A stretch of 63,922 nt of DNA, filler included, from Asterionella formosa (lineage: Eukaryota), in NCBI GenBank assembly GCA_002256025.1. It is 10 parts of 10 records of this genome, joined end to end, with 100 filler letters (N's around TTAATTAATTAA, not from the genome) between each part and the next. Parts side by side here need not be neighbours in the genome. Positions count along the whole stretch, not along the records: positions 36,974 to 62,278 come from NKIB01001992.1; positions 62,379 to 63,922 come from NKIB01001993.1; 8 more parts are not named here. The stretch is one strand, 5' to 3'. Numbering within the stretch: position 1 is the first letter of the stretch; each line of letters opens with the position of its first letter. The notes under the pieces are model-generated. The model saw nothing but the letters and a program-made list of their open reading frames with translations, was not told the DNA's origin and made no database searches. Positions 61,565 to 63,922 of the stretch are shown here, one piece after another. Position numbers and translations under genes: made by a program.

Positions 61565-62414
61565 AGTTCTGCTCTTCGGCTCTTGGATACTAAAGTCGTT
61601 CACGTCGTCCTCTTAGAAAATGACCGACCGCTTATCTTTTCAAGATACCAGGTAATATATTGTCGTGCCATGAGTGGTAAATTCTGGGTATATGTCAGGG
61701 TGTCTCAGGCGTATGCTCAACGGGGAAACCGTTAGGTGTATTCCTGCGAGGTCTGTCTTGTGACATGCAGGCGCCTGGTACTAGCGGCCTGTATGACCAG
61801 CGTGTATTTCGGTCATCCTTGAGTGGGTAATCCTTGTCTGGAATATGTCGAGTTTTTCCCATCCAACAAGTTGTGTTGGATATTGCTTTGTGATTACTTC
61901 TTTTATGTGGTACCCTTCGATAGCGCTAATTGCAACATTAGGTTCAGTATTCTCCCCATCGCCTGTTTGATAGGAGAATTAGTCGGTTTATCAGACCCAC
62001 GTAGCCTCTTCAGTAGCCTTCATCAGTTGATTGTTGTAATTTTCGAAGGGAAAACTGCTGGCCAGCGAGCAACGTTTGTTTCGGCGTTCTGGGAGTCCGC
62101 TTTTGCGCATCGTTGTTCAGTGTTGGGGTCATTATCATCATGTCACCAAGGACCAAGCAGAGGGTTCGACAGGGTGGTAGGGTCTCGAAGCGTGTCATTG
62201 CAGCTCAACGAGCAACAAGAGCGCAAATTCGAGCAGCCCAGGGAGAAGATGAGCTTCCGGAGCCGCCAGATGACATCGNNNNNNNNNNNNNNNNNNNNNN
62301 NNNNNNNNNNNNNNNNNNNNNNTTAATTAATTAANNNNNNNNNNNNNNNNNNNNNNNNNNNNNNNNNNNNNNNNNNNNCTTTGCCTTGTTGCTATCGAAC
62401 AATAAAGGAATATC

Positions 62415-63653
62415 ATGCAATCAAATGTTCATCAGATCCCTGAAGAATACCTTGACGCCCAACGAGCGGCGATTGAAGCTGTCTATGTCGGACGTGCCAC
62501 ACTGGAAGAGACATCGCGGCAAGGCGAACAACTGTCACATGCGGAGAAAATGGCAAACGAGACTCAATACGCGCTCGACAAGTCCAATCGATTGCTCAAG
62601 GGAATGACGTGGTCTGGCTGGATATCCAACATATTTAGCAAAGACATCGAACCACCTGACGTTGCGGCCGGAGAAGAACAGCAGATTTCCTACCAAGGTG
62701 TTTCCAATGTTGCAAGACCGACCGCTCAAGCAATTCAAAACTATCAAGCTAATTTGATGATTTTCGATACTTGTGAAACCCAGGAGCAGAAGGAAACTTG
62801 CAGAATAGTGTGTGACACCATGTATCAAATTGCACTGAAAGAGCTGGCAAAATTGGAGCCATTACAAACGGATGGTCAAACTCAAATATTCAAACATCAA
62901 TTTCGAAAAGATATAGCATTTCTGAGACGTAGGCAAGATCAGAAGCAGCAAAAAAAAGTGAAATCGGAGTCATTTATTGCGATTTATTCTCCTTCACAAC
63001 CAACCACAGCAAAGATCCTCACATCAAAATCATTAATCCAAACGCAACAAGAGGACCATCTTGATATTCTCGCTTCCAATCTTGGTGAACTTCATACAAT
63101 GGCACACTCTCTCGGTGAAATGATGGGGCATCAGCATAGAATTATGGAGAATTTGGACAGCAAATCAGAACAAATGTATGAAACTTCCAAAACAGTGACT
63201 CGTCGAGCTGATCGCCTAGCACAACAAAAAGCGTGGACTTCTGCCAAGAAGACCTTTGAATGTTATGTCACTATTCAACAGCTTTCCAATGGGCGATATA
63301 TGACCAATTGCAACGGAAGTCTCAACTTATCGGAAGATCTATCATCATTTGCAATATTTGCATTGTGGAGGAGGAAGGGAGGAATGATAGGTTTGCGAAA
63401 CAAGGGTTCATGCAACTGGATTGGTCAGACATTGATGGGTGGTCTTGCATGTAATTCATCTTCGTTTGGGCAACGCGAAGAATGGCAGATTGACAAGGAC
63501 TGGAGTGAATCCCGATTACTCTGTGCATCTGCAGGTTGGGGGAACGGTGGATACTTGATAGTGAAGGATGGTCAGTTGCAGATTGGAGCTGGTGGAGTCG
63601 AGGGTAAAGCAAAAGCTGAAACTTTTTGCATACAGGTTGTTGGAAACATGTAA
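62415..63653 (+). CDS. SNAP-25/29-like Qb+Qc SNARE with a C-terminal beta-rich (fascin/beta-trefoil-like) domain
   Basis: GRATLEET.RQGEQL..AE.......L.KS.RLLKGM (Qb) and QEDHLD.L..NL.EL..MA..LGE...HQ...ENLD.K (Qc); no TM helix. Confidence 0.8.
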   Translation: MQSNVHQIPEEYLDAQRAAIEAVYVGRATLEETSRQGEQLSHAEKMANETQYALDKSNRLLKGMTWSGWISNIFSKDIEPPDVAAGEEQQISYQGVSNVARPTAQAIQNYQANLMIFDTCETQEQKETCRIVCDTMYQIALKELAKLEPLQTDGQTQIFKHQFRKDIAFLRRRQDQKQQKKVKSESFIAIYSPSQPTTAKILTSKSLIQTQQEDHLDILASNLGELHTMAHSLGEMMGHQHRIMENLDSKSEQMYETSKTVTRRADRLAQQKAWTSAKKTFECYVTIQQLSNGRYMTNCNGSLNLSEDLSSFAIFALWRRKGGMIGLRNKGSCNWIGQTLMGGLACNSSSFGQREEWQIDKDWSESRLLCASAGWGNGGYLIVKDGQLQIGAGGVEGKAKAETFCIQVVGNM

Positions 63654-63922
63654 TTAGGGAACGATTGTGATTTTGAGTTGTATTGCAAAAGTAATTTCTG
63701 CAATGACGGAGAAACAATGGCATACAATAGTTCACTCTCGTGTACAAGCATTTATGTTCTAGTTTCCAATGTGTTATATTACCTTCAATCACGCCCACTT
63801 TTAGGCGTCACATCAGACTACCTGGCACCAGTAGATAATGTGACAAAAGTCCTCTTGTCTTCTTTTTTGACTACAACTAGGTAATGAAATAGAGGTTCAA
63901 AGCAGTTTTAAACTTGAGTACC

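Overview
Eukaryotic nuclear DNA, most likely a diatom: short 58-135 bp GT-AG introns, several signal peptide + 'ASAF'-type plastid presequences, and diatom-type (CoDi-like) copia elements. The window is not one locus. It is ten contigs joined by a 100-bp artificial linker (44 N + TTAATTAATTAA + 44 N): eight of about 1.54 kb and two of about 25.3 kb (3294-28653, 36974-62278). Genes: a catalytically dead PDI/thioredoxin-like protein, an Fe-S-less endonuclease III, an AzgA-type purine permease, an RluA pseudouridine synthase with a C2H2 finger, plastid release factor 1, a DUF2256 protein, tRNA-Thr(CGT), an ABHD11/YbfF hydrolase, a probable thylakoid-lumen protein, a patatin phospholipase, a GT64 glycosyltransferase, phosphoglycerate mutase, RRP15, two M11 gametolysin-like proteases, ornithine cyclodeaminase plus a decayed copy, a protease-less FtsH-like ATPase and a SNAP-25-like SNARE with a beta-trefoil-like tail. 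Mobile DNA: two copia 3' ends, three solo LTRs, Crypton-, Ngaro/DIRS-, Kolobok-, Harbinger-, pogo- and mariner-like pieces, and a MITE family. The strongest signal is the ubiquitous intergenic (GGTACCW)n / TACCGGTA arrays. They look like stacked Tc1/mariner excision footprints, because single units appear as clean insertions at TA when repeat copies are compared. A solo-LTR family in turn sits precisely at GTA-CMAGG-TAC sites. There is also an unexplained, G-U-biased structured element upstream of the cyclodeaminase gene. All family assignments are by eye; no database search was run.
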